64,000 bases of DNA from Planctomycetota bacterium (GCA_045863855.1 BTVV01000008.1:1-64000), one strand, 5' to 3'; positions 9,344 through 20,178 are shown, numbered from the stretch's first letter. Notes: generated by a model from the letters alone, not told the origin. A program made the numbers and translations.

Positions 9344-9640
9344 CTAAAGCTTCGCTTCGACGCTCCGCACTTTCTCATCCATCGTTTGAACGCGGTCGGT
9401 TCGGGTTCCGAATTTCAACGTGCTGGTGATGCGCGGGGCGCCGGCGGCGTGGACGGCTTCGTGGCAGCGCCGGATCGCATCGAAGACGGCTTCCCATTCG
9501 CCTTCAATATTCGTCCCGTAAGCGTGCAGCCGGGTATGCAGCCCCGCATCCTTGAGAATCTTCTCGCAGATCGCGACATAGGGCGAGACGGAGACGCCTA
9601 CGCCCAGCGGAACGAGACAGAAATCGGCAATCACCTTCAT
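9344..9640 (-). CDS. MTH1187/YkoF-like thiamine-binding protein
   Basis: MKVIADFCLVPLG, SVSPYVA, HAYGTNIEGEW, GTRTD; GGAGG SD. Confidence 0.9.
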   Translation of the reverse strand: MKVIADFCLVPLGVGVSVSPYVAICEKILKDAGLHTRLHAYGTNIEGEWEAVFDAIRRCHEAVHAAGAPRITSTLKFGTRTDRVQTMDEKVRSVEAKL

Positions 9641-9719
9641 GGCGTTATCCTCCCAGTCGGTTCGGCATGGAGTATAACGGAAGGATTCCGTGGAGCGTCC
9701 ACCAGCAGGCGGAAGAGCC

Positions 9720-10298
9720 ATGCCCGAATTGATCCTCGCAAGCACCTCCCCCTATCGGCGTGAATTGCTCACGCGGTTGGGGATTCCGTTTCGTTGCGAA
9801 GCGCCCGTGTGCGACGAAGAAGCCATCAAGGCGGAGGGACACGCGCCGCGCGAACTGGCCGAACGGCTGGCCGCGCTGAAAGCCCAAAGCTTGGCCGGAA
9901 GGCACCCCGGGGCGATCCTGATCGGCTCCGATCAATTGGCCAGCGGTCCGGCGGGCATCCTTGGCAAGCCCGGCACGCGCGCGGCGGCGCTCGCTCAACT
10001 GGAGTCTCTTAGCGGACGGACGCACGAATTGATCACGGCCTTGGCGGTTTGGCGAGATGGGCGGCTTTGGATGCATACCGATGTCGGGCGCTTGACCATG
10101 CGTGCGCTTAAGCGAGCGGAACTGGAGCGCTACGTCGATGCCGATCGACCCTTCGACTGCGCGGGCAGCTATAAGCTAGAAGCACGCGGCATTGCCCTCT
10201 TCGAAAGGATTGAAGCGGCGGACCATTCGGCCATCGTGGGCCTGCCCTTGATGGCGCTGGCGGGGCAACTTCGAAAGCTGGGGCTGGAAGTGCCGTAA
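9720..10298 (+). CDS. maf: Maf-family nucleoside triphosphate pyrophosphatase (YceF-type)
   Basis: LILASTSPYRRELL, GSDQ, GKPG, DCAGSYKLE, VGLPL. Confidence 0.92.
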   Translation: MPELILASTSPYRRELLTRLGIPFRCEAPVCDEEAIKAEGHAPRELAERLAALKAQSLAGRHPGAILIGSDQLASGPAGILGKPGTRAAALAQLESLSGRTHELITALAVWRDGRLWMHTDVGRLTMRALKRAELERYVDADRPFDCAGSYKLEARGIALFERIEAADHSAIVGLPLMALAGQLRKLGLEVP

Positions 10299-10326
10299 AA
10301 TGAAAAGCCCCGCCGTAAAGCGGGGC
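10297..10326 (-). terminator. Rho-independent terminator after rpmG
   Basis: GCCCCGC-cgtaaa-GCGGGGC stem with A-tract on the left. Confidence 0.7.
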
Positions 10327-10357
10327 CGAGTAAAGCAACACTCGAAACGCAACGCAA

Positions 10358-10528
10358 TTACTTGATCCGCGCTTCCTTGAAGAGCACGCGCTTTCGCACC
10401 ACCGGGTCGAACTTGATCAATTCCAGCTTCTCGGTCGTATTGCGGCGATTCTTGGTGGTCGTGTAGAAGTACGAAGAAACGCTCGAAACCATGCGGATCT
10501 TTTCGCGCGCGCCGGATGACTTGGCCAT
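10358..10528 (-). CDS. rpmG: 50S ribosomal protein L33 (Cys-free type)
   Basis: [49 protein letters not shown]. Confidence 0.96.
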   Translation of the reverse strand: MAKSSGAREKIRMVSSVSSYFYTTTKNRRNTTEKLELIKFDPVVRKRVLFKEARIK

Positions 10529-10589
10529 CTGAACCACTCCTTGCAAACCAGGTGCACCGCCGCCTCATCTGGCGAGCGGAAAGAGGGAG

Positions 10590-10617
10590 AGCTTAGGTGC
10601 ACGGCCGCCGATGTCAA
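10590..10617 (-). promoter_or_regulatory. Putative sigma70 promoter of rpmG
   Basis: Minus-strand TTGACA-16 bp-TAAGCT. Confidence 0.5.
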
Positions 10618-10720
10618 GTCCCATGTGCACTACCGGGTTGAGCTTGACCTTATGGCTTGGGTTTTGCTCCCCAAGCGTATTGAGGCATGAAGTGTCCGTA
10701 GTTCTGGAAGGTGGCGAAGC

Positions 10721-13700
10721 ATGTCCACGCAAGAACAGCACGCTATCCAGCAGCGTTCCCGTATGGCCGGGGTCGCTAAGAATTGGCTCCGCGAAGGGAT
10801 CCATGGTTCGCAGGCGCGCCTCAATTACTTCTTCTTGGCACTACTGGGTTTAGAGTGGCTGATCCTGATCGGGACGCGCTTTCTGGGTGGGATCGAAGCG
10901 CAGGGCGCAGGGCCTACTTTGGCCGTCTGGATTGTGGCCGTTTGCGGCAGTTTAGCCGGGGCTTATTTGGTATTTGGTCAGTTTAAGCCTCCCATTCCGA
11001 GACATGTGGTGGTCTGGGCATTTGCCTTTTTGTTTCAAATCCTGATCCATGCCTACAGCAGTGCCCCGGAAATTCACATGGGTTTCCTGTGCCTTCTGGT
11101 GGTGGCTTTGTACCAGGATCCATGGCTGGTGTGCTCGATGACCTTGGCGTTGGCGGTCGCGCACATGAGCATGAATGGGGGAAGGGCGATCCCTTTTGTA
11201 CCGCTGGGGCTGCTGGTTTTGGAAGCTGCCGTTCTGATCGCAGCAATCCGATTATTCCACAGTGAAGCACTCCTGCTGGTCGAGCCGCGGGTCGAAGCTG
11301 AAGAACGATGCGCCTTGAGAGCTCAGGAACTAGCCCTGCGGACCCAGGAATACCTGCGGGCCGAAGAACGCTTCAACCGCTTACTGGACCATGGTCCGAT
11401 CGGTATGGCCACCGTTTCCCTGGATGGGCGTTTCACACGAGCCAACCCGTCGCTGTGCCGGATGCTTGGGTATGAAGCGCATGAGTTACAGCGCTTGACG
11501 TTCCAGAAGCTCACTCACCCAGACGATCTAGAGGCGGACTTGGCCTTGGTGAGGCAACTGCTCCAGGGCGAAATCGCACAGTATCGGCTCGAGAAGCGAT
11601 ACTTCCGTAGGGACGGCCAGTTGGTCTGGGGCTCCTTGCATGTGGCGCTGATGCGCGACGAGACGGGCCGGCCGCTGTATTTCCTCTCCCAGGTGGTGGA
11701 CATTACCGAGCGCCGGCGCGAACTGGAAGAACTGCGCGAGGCCAAACAGAGCGCCGAGCGGGCCAATCGGGCCAAGGGCGATTTCCTCGCCGTGGTCAGC
11801 CACGAAATCCGCACGCCGATGAACGGGATTCTGGGTCTGACCGAACTGCTGCTCGGCGGTTCCAGCGATCCGGAGCAGCGCGAACAACTCCTGATGATCA
11901 AAGGTTCGGCGGATGCGCTGCTCACGTTAATCAACGACATCCTGGATCTTTCGAAGATCGACGCGGGGAAGGTGGTGCTGGAGCGTTTGCCGTTTTCGCC
12001 GAGCCGCGTGGCGGCGGAATCGGTTCGAGCGCTGGCGATGCCGGCCCGCGAGAAGGGCTTGAACCTGGCGTGCGAAGTGACTCCCGACGTACCGGGCCGC
12101 GTATGGGGAGATGGGGCGCGCCTGCGCCAAGTGCTTCTGAACCTTCTGGCCAATGCCGTCAAGTTCACCAGCAAAGGCCAAGTGGTGCTGGAAATATCGG
12201 TACAACGGGAGCCGGCGCCGGGCGAAGTGGAATTGCGCTTCGCCGTGCGCGATACGGGCCCGGGGATTCCCGAAAACCGGCAGGCGGCAATCTTCGAGGC
12301 GTTCGAGCAGGCCGAACCGGCCACCGCGCGCACGCACGGCGGGACGGGGTTGGGCTTGGCGATCTGCCGGCGGCTGGTCACCGCGATGGGCGGCAACATG
12401 GAGCTCGAAAGCAAGGTGGGGGTGGGGAGCACGTTTGCTTTTACGGTTCGTTTCGAAACAGCGGCGGAGGAACTGGATGATTCGGGCGTTTTCGCGCCGC
12501 TGGCGGGAAAGCCCGTGCTGATCGTCGACCCCCAGGCGGCACATTTGAGATCGCTGCGCAGCCAGTTCGAGCGCTGGGGCCTGAGGCCGATGTGCGCCTC
12601 CAACTTCGAACGAGCCCAGCGCCTGCTGGAGGCCGCCACCTCCGCGTTTACTCCCGTTCCCCTGGTGCTTCTGGATCCATGCCTTCCGCGCGGCAACGGC
12701 TATGCACTGGCGGAATGGATTCGGCGGCATCCGTTGCACAAGGACGCCGTAATCGTGGCGTTGACTTCGGGGTACCATTCGGAAGACGCGGTTCGCGCTC
12801 AGCGGGCAGGTTGCGACGGCAGCCTGCAGAAACCGCTTCATGCCCCTGACCTTCGCGCACTGTTGCGGCGTAAGTATCAACCGGCGGAGTCTCAACCGGT
12901 TGGGGCTTCTTCTCGTGCTTGGCCGGAGCGCCGTGAAATTCTCCTGGCAGAGGACAACCTCGTCAATCAGGCCGTCGTGTCCCGCTTTCTCGAAAAGGCC
13001 GGCTTCACCGTCACCGTGGCCGGTGACGGGGCACAAGCCGTGGATTGGGCGGCACGCAAGTCGTTCGACGCGATCCTGATGGACGTGCAGATGCCGGTGC
13101 TGGATGGTCTGGGCGCGACGCGGCGCATTCGCGCGGAAGAAGCCCGGCGAGGCGGACACACACCCATTGTGGCGCTGACCGCGCACGCGCTGGCCGATCA
13201 TCGCGCGCTGTGTATCGAGGCCGGCATGGACGCTTTTCTCGAGAAACCGATCAGGAGTCAGAATCTCTACGAGACCCTATCGCAAGTCCTGGGTCGGCGG
13301 GTTTCTCCCAGCGGCATCACGTTTCCGGCGACCGTTTCCACGGACTCCGCGGCGGCTGTTGCGCAAGGAAGCCATGGGGCGCCGGTGCACGATACGGTCG
13401 CTCCCAAGGACGTTTTCGACCGCGAGCGTGCGATCGAGCAGGCGGCGGGCGACGAGGCGCTGCTCTCGGAAATGTTCCAACTCTTCATGCAGGAATGGCC
13501 TGCGCGCCTGGAGGCGGCGCGCGCGGCGCTGGAATCTGGAGATGTCCAGGCGCTCTCCGGAATGGCTCATGCCGTCAAAGGCGCGGTGTCCAATTTTCAT
13601 GCGTTGCGTGCGAGAGAAGCGGCTCAGCACCTGGAGAAACTGGGCAAAGCCGGGGACTTGAAGAACGCGGGCGAAGCCTTGGACCGGCTGGTCCTGGAGG

Positions 13701-13747
13701 TAGACCGGTTCGCGGAAGCCGCACGGCAAGCCGTCACGGCTGTCTGA
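10721..13747 (+). CDS. Hybrid sensor histidine kinase (TM-PAS-HisKA-HATPase-REC-REC-Hpt)
   Basis: SHEIRTPMNGI H-box, NLLANAVKFT, DTGPGI, GGTGLGL, LMDVQMP receiver, AHAVKGA Hpt. Confidence 0.93.
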   Translation: MSTQEQHAIQQRSRMAGVAKNWLREGIHGSQARLNYFFLALLGLEWLILIGTRFLGGIEAQGAGPTLAVWIVAVCGSLAGAYLVFGQFKPPIPRHVVVWAFAFLFQILIHAYSSAPEIHMGFLCLLVVALYQDPWLVCSMTLALAVAHMSMNGGRAIPFVPLGLLVLEAAVLIAAIRLFHSEALLLVEPRVEAEERCALRAQELALRTQEYLRAEERFNRLLDHGPIGMATVSLDGRFTRANPSLCRMLGYEAHELQRLTFQKLTHPDDLEADLALVRQLLQGEIAQYRLEKRYFRRDGQLVWGSLHVALMRDETGRPLYFLSQVVDITERRRELEELREAKQSAERANRAKGDFLAVVSHEIRTPMNGILGLTELLLGGSSDPEQREQLLMIKGSADALLTLINDILDLSKIDAGKVVLERLPFSPSRVAAESVRALAMPAREKGLNLACEVTPDVPGRVWGDGARLRQVLLNLLANAVKFTSKGQVVLEISVQREPAPGEVELRFAVRDTGPGIPENRQAAIFEAFEQAEPATARTHGGTGLGLAICRRLVTAMGGNMELESKVGVGSTFAFTVRFETAAEELDDSGVFAPLAGKPVLIVDPQAAHLRSLRSQFERWGLRPMCASNFERAQRLLEAATSAFTPVPLVLLDPCLPRGNGYALAEWIRRHPLHKDAVIVALTSGYHSEDAVRAQRAGCDGSLQKPLHAPDLRALLRRKYQPAESQPVGASSRAWPERREILLAEDNLVNQAVVSRFLEKAGFTVTVAGDGAQAVDWAARKSFDAILMDVQMPVLDGLGATRRIRAEEARRGGHTPIVALTAHALADHRALCIEAGMDAFLEKPIRSQNLYETLSQVLGRRVSPSGITFPATVSTDSAAAVAQGSHGAPVHDTVAPKDVFDRERAIEQAAGDEALLSEMFQLFMQEWPARLEAARAALESGDVQALSGMAHAVKGAVSNFHALRAREAAQHLEKLGKAGDLKNAGEALDRLVLEVDRFAEAARQAVTAV

Positions 13748-13763
13748 ACGTGGCCCCAAAGCT

Positions 13764-16115
13764 CTACGGAATCAACGCCTCGCACTCCGACCGTCCTTCG
13801 TCGAAGGGGTGCGAGCGCCCGGTGGCTTCCTCCACAATTCGTCCGGGAACCGGCGATTCGATCTGTACCCGGGCGTATTTGGAATCGATGCGCGCGAGCT
13901 GAATCTTGAAATTCCCCTGCGGCAGGGGCACATCGCCGGCGGCTTCCCGCAAGGGTCCTAGGCAGGGCGTAATCAGCAACCGCGAAAGGCCGGCTGCTTC
14001 CAATTCCGGTTCCACGCCCAGAACGGTCTGCAGAAATTCCAAGCTGGGCGTGCACGACCAGGCGTGGCAGTCGCTGCGCGTCCATCCGTCGCTCTCGGGC
14101 CAGGTCGTCAGCCCCGTGCCGTCGAGCAGTTCGTCCCAGCGGGCGAGCAAATCGAAGAAGCCCGTGCGCCAGTTCACCGCCTTGTACGCTTGCGCGACGT
14201 AATAACGGAAGTACGGGCTTCCAGGCGCGGTGACGCCGGGATCGCCGAGCACCGTCTCGAGCACTGCACGGGGTTTGAAGCGGTCCAGCGCGCCTTCGAG
14301 AATGCCCTGCACGTTCACGTGCTGTGAAAAACTGATGCGTTCCGGAGTGTCGGCCAACATTCCACGCGATTCGACCCAGCAGGTGCGCAGCGTGTCGGCA
14401 CGCAGCGTGTCGGCGAGTTTGCGCCAGCGCGGGCAGAGTTCGGGCAGCCCAAACGCGTACTCCAGGCGTTCCATCCAGCGCGCGGCCTGCGCGCAGAGCA
14501 GCGCGACGAAGGCGCTTCCGCCGTGTTCGGTGCCCGGCGGCTCGCCCATCTTCCAGCCCGGCACCCAGTCGCCGAAATTCCAGAACGGGAGCGCTCCGGG
14601 CATCCCGTCGCCGCGCCGGCGGGCGGCGAACCATTCCAGCACGTCCCGCGCCGCGGGCAGGTAGGGCGCGAGGAAGGCCGTATCGCCGCGGTAGCGCCAC
14701 GAATCGAAGAGCATGCCGATCCAATACAGCGAGAAGGTGGGGATCATCTGCGGCAGGCGCGAAGGAAAGCGGCTTTGCGTCAAGCCCTCAGGGATGCGCG
14801 AGGCCCAGAAATCGTCGATGGCTTTGCGCCCCAGACGGTCGTCGCCGGCGACGAGGTACGAAAAGAGGGCCTGGATGCGGGTGTCGCCGACGTACTGAAG
14901 CTGTTCGTAGTGCGGGCAGTCGAAATAGGTCTCGTGCGCGCAGAGGCGCGCCGTCCGCCAGCTCAGGTCCTGCATGCGCGCGAAGCGCGCGCGGTGCGTT
15001 TCGTCGGGCGTGAAGCTGGCTGCTTCGCGCAGCGGGTAGCCCGTGAAGGTCGCGCGGACGCGTTCGAGCATCAGCGGCTCGCCGGCGGTGCGGATCGTGA
15101 GTTCGACGAAGCGAAACGAGCGCCACCAGAACGCTTCGAACGAGCGCGAAGCGCCGCCGTCGGCCAGAAATTCGTCCACCTGCCCCCAAGCATGTTTCCC
15201 GGCGGTGGCGTTGCGATCGTCTTTGCGCATGGAGCCGTCCACGAACATAGCTTCGACGCTGACGGAACGGATCGTGGCCCCGCGGCCTCCGCTTACGGTA
15301 AGGCGCGTGTAGGCGTTGGTCAGTTCGCCTCGATCGAGCAGGATGCGCACGTTCTTGTTGGCTGGAATTTCGATGCGAAAGTCTTCGGCCAGCCAAGCAT
15401 CGAGGGCCTTGGCGTCGAGTCCCTCGGCTTCGGCCACGCGCGCAAATCGCTGCGCTTCTTCGTCGAGCGGGGGGAGCGGATCGGGGATCAGCCAGTACGG
15501 AGTCGCTGCGTTGCGCATCCCGGCGGGCTCGCCGGCTCCGCATTCGCGCGCCGCGACCCAGCCTGCGGCATCGAACCCGCGCGTCTCCCAGCCCCAGGGA
15601 TGAGCGGCGCCGTCGATCCGTTCGCCCGAGCCGGTGCAATGGTAGGCGCGAACGTCGCCCCAATGCGGCGGGAGCGGCGTGCGGGATGCGTCGTGAAAGC
15701 TGAACCAGCGTTTGTCGGTGCGGACCCGCGCATCAAAGTCGCCGGGGCCTTCCCCGCGCAAGAGGAAACCGCCGCGGATACCGAGCTGCCCCATGCCGGC
15801 GTGATCGGGTCCGCCGTGGAACGCGGCCACCGCCAGGAGATGCCGCCCGGCCGAGAGCGGCCCCGTTTGCACGCGCGTACAGACCCAGCGCGTCAGGTCG
15901 CTGCGCGTCGGCCCGCGCGCGACGAGCCGGCCGTCCAGGTAAAGCACGAAGCGTTCGTCGGCGCTGACCCAGAGCGTGGTTTGATCGAGAGCCGCGGGCA
16001 GGTCGAATTCGTGCCGGAAGAGGACATGGGCGTACCCGTCCCGCGTGGCTTCGGGATGCCAGATCCAGCGCGCATCCCAGGGGCGAGAGGTATCTTGGAA
16101 GCGCGGCAGCGGCAC
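13764..16115 (-). CDS. Alpha-L-rhamnosidase (GH78-like)
   Basis: ETYFDCPHYEQLQYVGDT, TTWPE, RSDCHAWS. Confidence 0.85.
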   Translation of the reverse strand: MPLPRFQDTSRPWDARWIWHPEATRDGYAHVLFRHEFDLPAALDQTTLWVSADERFVLYLDGRLVARGPTRSDLTRWVCTRVQTGPLSAGRHLLAVAAFHGGPDHAGMGQLGIRGGFLLRGEGPGDFDARVRTDKRWFSFHDASRTPLPPHWGDVRAYHCTGSGERIDGAAHPWGWETRGFDAAGWVAARECGAGEPAGMRNAATPYWLIPDPLPPLDEEAQRFARVAEAEGLDAKALDAWLAEDFRIEIPANKNVRILLDRGELTNAYTRLTVSGGRGATIRSVSVEAMFVDGSMRKDDRNATAGKHAWGQVDEFLADGGASRSFEAFWWRSFRFVELTIRTAGEPLMLERVRATFTGYPLREAASFTPDETHRARFARMQDLSWRTARLCAHETYFDCPHYEQLQYVGDTRIQALFSYLVAGDDRLGRKAIDDFWASRIPEGLTQSRFPSRLPQMIPTFSLYWIGMLFDSWRYRGDTAFLAPYLPAARDVLEWFAARRRGDGMPGALPFWNFGDWVPGWKMGEPPGTEHGGSAFVALLCAQAARWMERLEYAFGLPELCPRWRKLADTLRADTLRTCWVESRGMLADTPERISFSQHVNVQGILEGALDRFKPRAVLETVLGDPGVTAPGSPYFRYYVAQAYKAVNWRTGFFDLLARWDELLDGTGLTTWPESDGWTRSDCHAWSCTPSLEFLQTVLGVEPELEAAGLSRLLITPCLGPLREAAGDVPLPQGNFKIQLARIDSKYARVQIESPVPGRIVEEATGRSHPFDEGRSECEALIP

Positions 16116-16185
16116 GCGAAGCTCCTTCTAGCGGGGAACGGTACAGTGAACAGTAGGCGGGCTTGTAGGGCAACAGACAAAAAAG

Positions 16186-17388
16186 CTACCACTTCATCTT
16201 GAATTCGAACTTTACGGCGCGCTCTTCGCTGGCTTGGGCCGAGGCGTTCGGGCGTTCGGTTTCCACGCGCGAATATTCGTAGCCCGCGCCGATGGCGGTT
16301 CGCTTGTGCAGCCGGTAGTCGGCGGAGAGCCCCGCCTTGGCTCGGCGCTCGGCTTCGGCATTGGAGTCGCTGCGGCGCGAGAAGTCGCCGCCCATTTTGG
16401 CCGAGAAACGCTCGCCGAAGGGCTGCCGTAGCGTGACCCCGTAGCCGTCTGAAGCGCGGAAGATCGATTCGCGCAGGTAGCCTTCTTCGCGCCGCAGGTT
16501 CAGTCCCAGCGCGGTATGGGTAGGCGCGACACGGGTCTGGAGGTCCAGATCCACCTTTTCCTTTTCCCATGCGGAAGCCGAATCGACGGCCGGCGCCCAC
16601 TCGTCTCCTGCCATCCAACCCTGCCACGCCGCCTTCCAGTTCAGCCACTCGTTCCAGCGGCCCTCTGCGCCGGCCGAGTAACGATCCCGCGAGACGTCAT
16701 CGAGTTTGCGGTTGCGCGTGCTGGCCCCAAAGCGGTCCACCTCGCTGGATTCCACGCCCAAGCGCGGCCGGAAAAAGTCCAGTGCCGTGAAGTTAAGCTC
16801 CAGGCCGTCGGCTTGTTCCTGGCGCAGCGGAACCGGATCGGCAATTCCGAAACGGTAGCGGTAGCTGTTGCGCGTATACGCAGACATCTCCGCAAGATCG
16901 AAGCGGTGTCCGGCGCTGGAAGAACGGCGTTCTTCGGCCACCGTGCGCTGGCTGGCGCCGCTGCCTTCGTATTCGAAGCTCAAGGCGCGGTCCCATTGAG
17001 CCCATGCGATGCCGTCGTCGAAGCGGTAGCGCGCCCCGGCGGCGTCCCGGGCGTGGCGAAATTCCGCGGAAGGATCGCCGTCGTACTCCCATTGGGACTG
17101 GCCGCTTAACGTAAGGCGCGAGGTCGGATCCTTGAAGACGTCGCCCGAAATGCCGGGCGCGAGGCGCAGCTTCTCCTGATCCGCAGCCGCCGGCTGATCC
17201 TTCGCGGTCTTGGGAATCTCGAGGTCCACGTAGGGTTTGAAGGCGCCGTCGAGCGTCCGTATGGGTTGCAGCTCGATCTTGGCCTTTTCGACTTTAGGCT
17301 TGGGTGGTGGTGTTTGTTCGCCCGCGCACAAGCCGGGTGTGAAAAGGGCAAGGAGGGACCAAGTGAGCCGATGGATCCAAACGTTCAT
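16186..17388 (-). CDS. Secreted putative outer-membrane beta-barrel protein
   Basis: Signal peptide, alternating beta-strand pattern, C-terminal KFEFKMKW resembling a beta-signal. Confidence 0.55.
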   Translation of the reverse strand: MNVWIHRLTWSLLALFTPGLCAGEQTPPPKPKVEKAKIELQPIRTLDGAFKPYVDLEIPKTAKDQPAAADQEKLRLAPGISGDVFKDPTSRLTLSGQSQWEYDGDPSAEFRHARDAAGARYRFDDGIAWAQWDRALSFEYEGSGASQRTVAEERRSSSAGHRFDLAEMSAYTRNSYRYRFGIADPVPLRQEQADGLELNFTALDFFRPRLGVESSEVDRFGASTRNRKLDDVSRDRYSAGAEGRWNEWLNWKAAWQGWMAGDEWAPAVDSASAWEKEKVDLDLQTRVAPTHTALGLNLRREEGYLRESIFRASDGYGVTLRQPFGERFSAKMGGDFSRRSDSNAEAERRAKAGLSADYRLHKRTAIGAGYEYSRVETERPNASAQASEERAVKFEFKMKW

Positions 17389-17600
17389 GTACGGGCTCCG
17401 AGTGTTCGCGGACTCGACCCCTCTCGCCCCCACGCTCGTGCAGTATGGCCCATCAGCTTCTATGAGGCAAGGCAAAGGCATTTTTCCAGAGCCGGTTCAA
17501 TTCGATATGCGTTTTCGTGTGCGCGACGTTCGGGATCAGAAAGTGTGGTGGATTGAATCGGAAGAAGCGATTCAATTGCGATTTTCGGACGCAACTTCGG

Positions 17601-18590
17601 TCAGACCGGGCGGCCGTGAATCCAGCGGAATGGCGTGACGCTCTTGGCGTTGGCGCGCGCGGACATGAACTTTATGCGGCGGCCCAACTGGCGCGGTATT
17701 TCGCAAACCTTGTCCTGGGCTTCGGCGGCTTCGCCGGTGAGGCCCTTTAGATCCTTTACCTTCCAGTATTCGATGAAGTGATCGATGATCTGGAGGTAGT
17801 CTTCGAAGGTGTAAACCCCATTCTTCTGGGCGGTGAGCGAGAAGGCCGAAAAGAGGGTGGGGTTCTGCCCATCGTACATCAGGTTGGCGGGCATGACGAT
17901 GTTCCGCTCCAACATGGTCCGGAACGCCACCACCGCGCCGCTGGGATCGGCCTCGAAGATCCGCGCCATGAAGCGCTTGTAGCCTTCCTCGTGCCGCGCC
18001 TCGTCGCCGGCGATGGTGGCGCAAATCTGCCCCAGCACGCCTTCGCCGGCCTTCTTCGCCAACTGGCCTACCTTCTGATGCGAGACCTTCGTCGCACGCT
18101 CCTGCAGAGAGGTGTAGACCAAGCCGTTGTACGGATCGTTATCGTGGAGCGGATCGAAGCCATTGCGGATCAGATGCTGAATCGTGACTTCCACCGCGCG
18201 CATGTCGACCCGGCCGGTCGTATAGAGGTAACGGTTGAGGAGATCGCCGTGGCGATTCTCTTCGGCCGTCCACCCGCGCGACCACTGCGCCCAAGGTTCT
18301 GCGCTGGCGCCGGTCGGGTCGTTGACGCCGGGAAGGCGGTTGAAGCTCGTTTGGTAGGACGGCAGCGCTTCTTCGGTCACCATCGTGCCGACCAGGATCA
18401 CCAGCAGCGCGTCGGGTAGCGCGGCCGCGCCCTCGCGAAGCTTCTGCAGATCGTCACGCCAGGACTCCTTCGTCAAATCGGGCAGGAAGTCGGTTGGCTG
18501 CCAGCTTTCTTCGACCGATTTGAGCAGGTCGAGGTTCGTTCGGGCTTGATCCGAGAGGCTCGACACGATTTCAAGTTTCTGGTCGAGCAT
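17601..18590 (-). CDS. Soluble acyl-ACP desaturase (di-iron, DesA-like)
   Basis: WQPTDFLPD, TEEALPSY, WTAEENRHG, QERAT, DEARHE. Confidence 0.92.
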   Translation of the reverse strand: MLDQKLEIVSSLSDQARTNLDLLKSVEESWQPTDFLPDLTKESWRDDLQKLREGAAALPDALLVILVGTMVTEEALPSYQTSFNRLPGVNDPTGASAEPWAQWSRGWTAEENRHGDLLNRYLYTTGRVDMRAVEVTIQHLIRNGFDPLHDNDPYNGLVYTSLQERATKVSHQKVGQLAKKAGEGVLGQICATIAGDEARHEEGYKRFMARIFEADPSGAVVAFRTMLERNIVMPANLMYDGQNPTLFSAFSLTAQKNGVYTFEDYLQIIDHFIEYWKVKDLKGLTGEAAEAQDKVCEIPRQLGRRIKFMSARANAKSVTPFRWIHGRPV

Positions 18591-18967
18591 GATACGGGTT
18601 CTCGTGGACCGTTCGGCACCGCATCCGGGCTGGGCGCGGCTACCTTATGAGAAACAGGCTTGTGACCCGGACGAGGCAGGCGGGATTATAGGGCCTTTGG
18701 ACGTTCTTGGGGCGCACAATTGCAGATTCCAGCAGGCTGGCCATACCAAGGTTTCAGGTTTATGCATCGAACCTGAATGGGGAAGGGAAGTTGAAGGAAT
18801 CGATAGAACCGCAGGAACCTTATTTTCTTCCAACGCGGAATCGTTCTCGGGTTAATCAAAGTAGGTCAAAACGAGGTATAGACCTTACGGCCTTTATGCT
18901 AAAAGGCTAATAAAGGGGTGTAGGCAGCTTCGATAGACTGGGATTCTCTCACGACGGAGGCAGACGC

Positions 18968-19705
18968 TTGGACAAGATCATTCAATACTTTAACAGCGGC
19001 GGGCCGTTGATGTGGCCCATCCTTTTGTGTTCCATCGTTTCATGGGCGATCGTGATCGAGCGCGGGATTCGACTGCGTCGCAAAGGATTGATCGACGACG
19101 ACTTGGTGCGGAAGGTGCGCGCGGCGTTGGGTAAAGGCGATTTGGCCGGCGCCGAAAAAGCGGCTCTGGAGCGCCCCGTGCTGGTCGGGGTGGTACTGGC
19201 CAAAGGCATCGACGAATTTCGATACACCGAAGCCGACCTGGAGACTTCGTTGCAGGCCGCGGCGGAGCGCAATCTTCAGGTGTTGTGGAACAACATGGGT
19301 GCGCTGAATACGCTTGCCCGCGTCGCGACGATGCTGGGGCTGCTGGGTACGGTGGTCGGGATGGTGGCGGGCTTCGAGGAATTGACCAAGGCAGGCGTGG
19401 CGAAGGAGAAACTCGCCAGCGCCATCGGCGTCGCGCTGATCACCACCGTGGGCGGCCTGTGCGTGGCGATTCCGGCGGTGATCGGGGAATCGGCGCTGAA
19501 GTCGAAGATCCGCAAGCTGACCATCGAAATCGAAGAGATCCTGCTGGAAACGATCAAGGCGGCGAAGATCGGCGGCATCCGCAAGCAGACGCTGGCCTCC
19601 GCGAGCGCGCCGGCCGCGGAAGCGGAAGATGAGATCGACGATGCGGCCGAGACGATTCTCGACATGCGGACCGAAGCCAAGAACGCCGCGGAGGCGAACG
19701 CATGA
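18968..19705 (+). CDS. exbB: MotA/TolQ/ExbB proton channel protein
   Basis: GGPLMWPILLCS, TMLGLLGTVVGM, ALITTVGGL; TTG start with GGAGG SD. Confidence 0.9.
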   Translation: MDKIIQYFNSGGPLMWPILLCSIVSWAIVIERGIRLRRKGLIDDDLVRKVRAALGKGDLAGAEKAALERPVLVGVVLAKGIDEFRYTEADLETSLQAAAERNLQVLWNNMGALNTLARVATMLGLLGTVVGMVAGFEELTKAGVAKEKLASAIGVALITTVGGLCVAIPAVIGESALKSKIRKLTIEIEEILLETIKAAKIGGIRKQTLASASAPAAEAEDEIDDAAETILDMRTEAKNAAEANA

Positions 19706-20145
19706 AACTGCGCCTGGCGGAACAAGTGTCCGAAGAAATCGACATGACGCCGATGATCGACATCGTCTTTCAGCTCATCATTTTCTTCATGGTAGCCAGT
19801 TCGTTCGTCGAGGAAGCGAAGGTTTTCAAGGTCAGCGTACCGAAAGCCGAAGCGCCCGAGACGATCAGCACCGAGGAAGCGCGGACCATCGCGGTGACGA
19901 AGGACGGCGATGTGGCTCCCGCCGGTGCGACCGACAAGAAGCAGAAATACGAGAGCCTGCTGGATCTGATCGAGGAATTGAAGGCGTACAAGTTACAGCG
20001 CGAGAAGGAAGGCAAGGAAGCCATTGTCGTGATCGCCGGCGACAAGGATGCCAATTACGCGCGCGTGATACAGGTCTGGAACGCGATCAAGAACGCCGGC
20101 ATCCGGCAGGTGAGCTTCCAAGTCGAGATCGGTAAGCCCGAGTAG
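19702..20145 (+). CDS. exbD: ExbD/TolR biopolymer transport protein
   Basis: IDMTPMIDIVFQLIIFFMV with the conserved TM Asp; IAGD; ATGA overlap with exbB. Confidence 0.92.
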   Translation: MKLRLAEQVSEEIDMTPMIDIVFQLIIFFMVASSFVEEAKVFKVSVPKAEAPETISTEEARTIAVTKDGDVAPAGATDKKQKYESLLDLIEELKAYKLQREKEGKEAIVVIAGDKDANYARVIQVWNAIKNAGIRQVSFQVEIGKPE

Positions 20146-20178
20146 CGCCTTTCCGGTTCCATACGCACGGAGCACGAC

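Noticed and set aside
6412..9378. 988-aa minus-strand ORF
   Set aside because: Antisense shadow of two credible plus-strand genes; Arg/Gly-rich with no motifs, typical of high-GC DNA.
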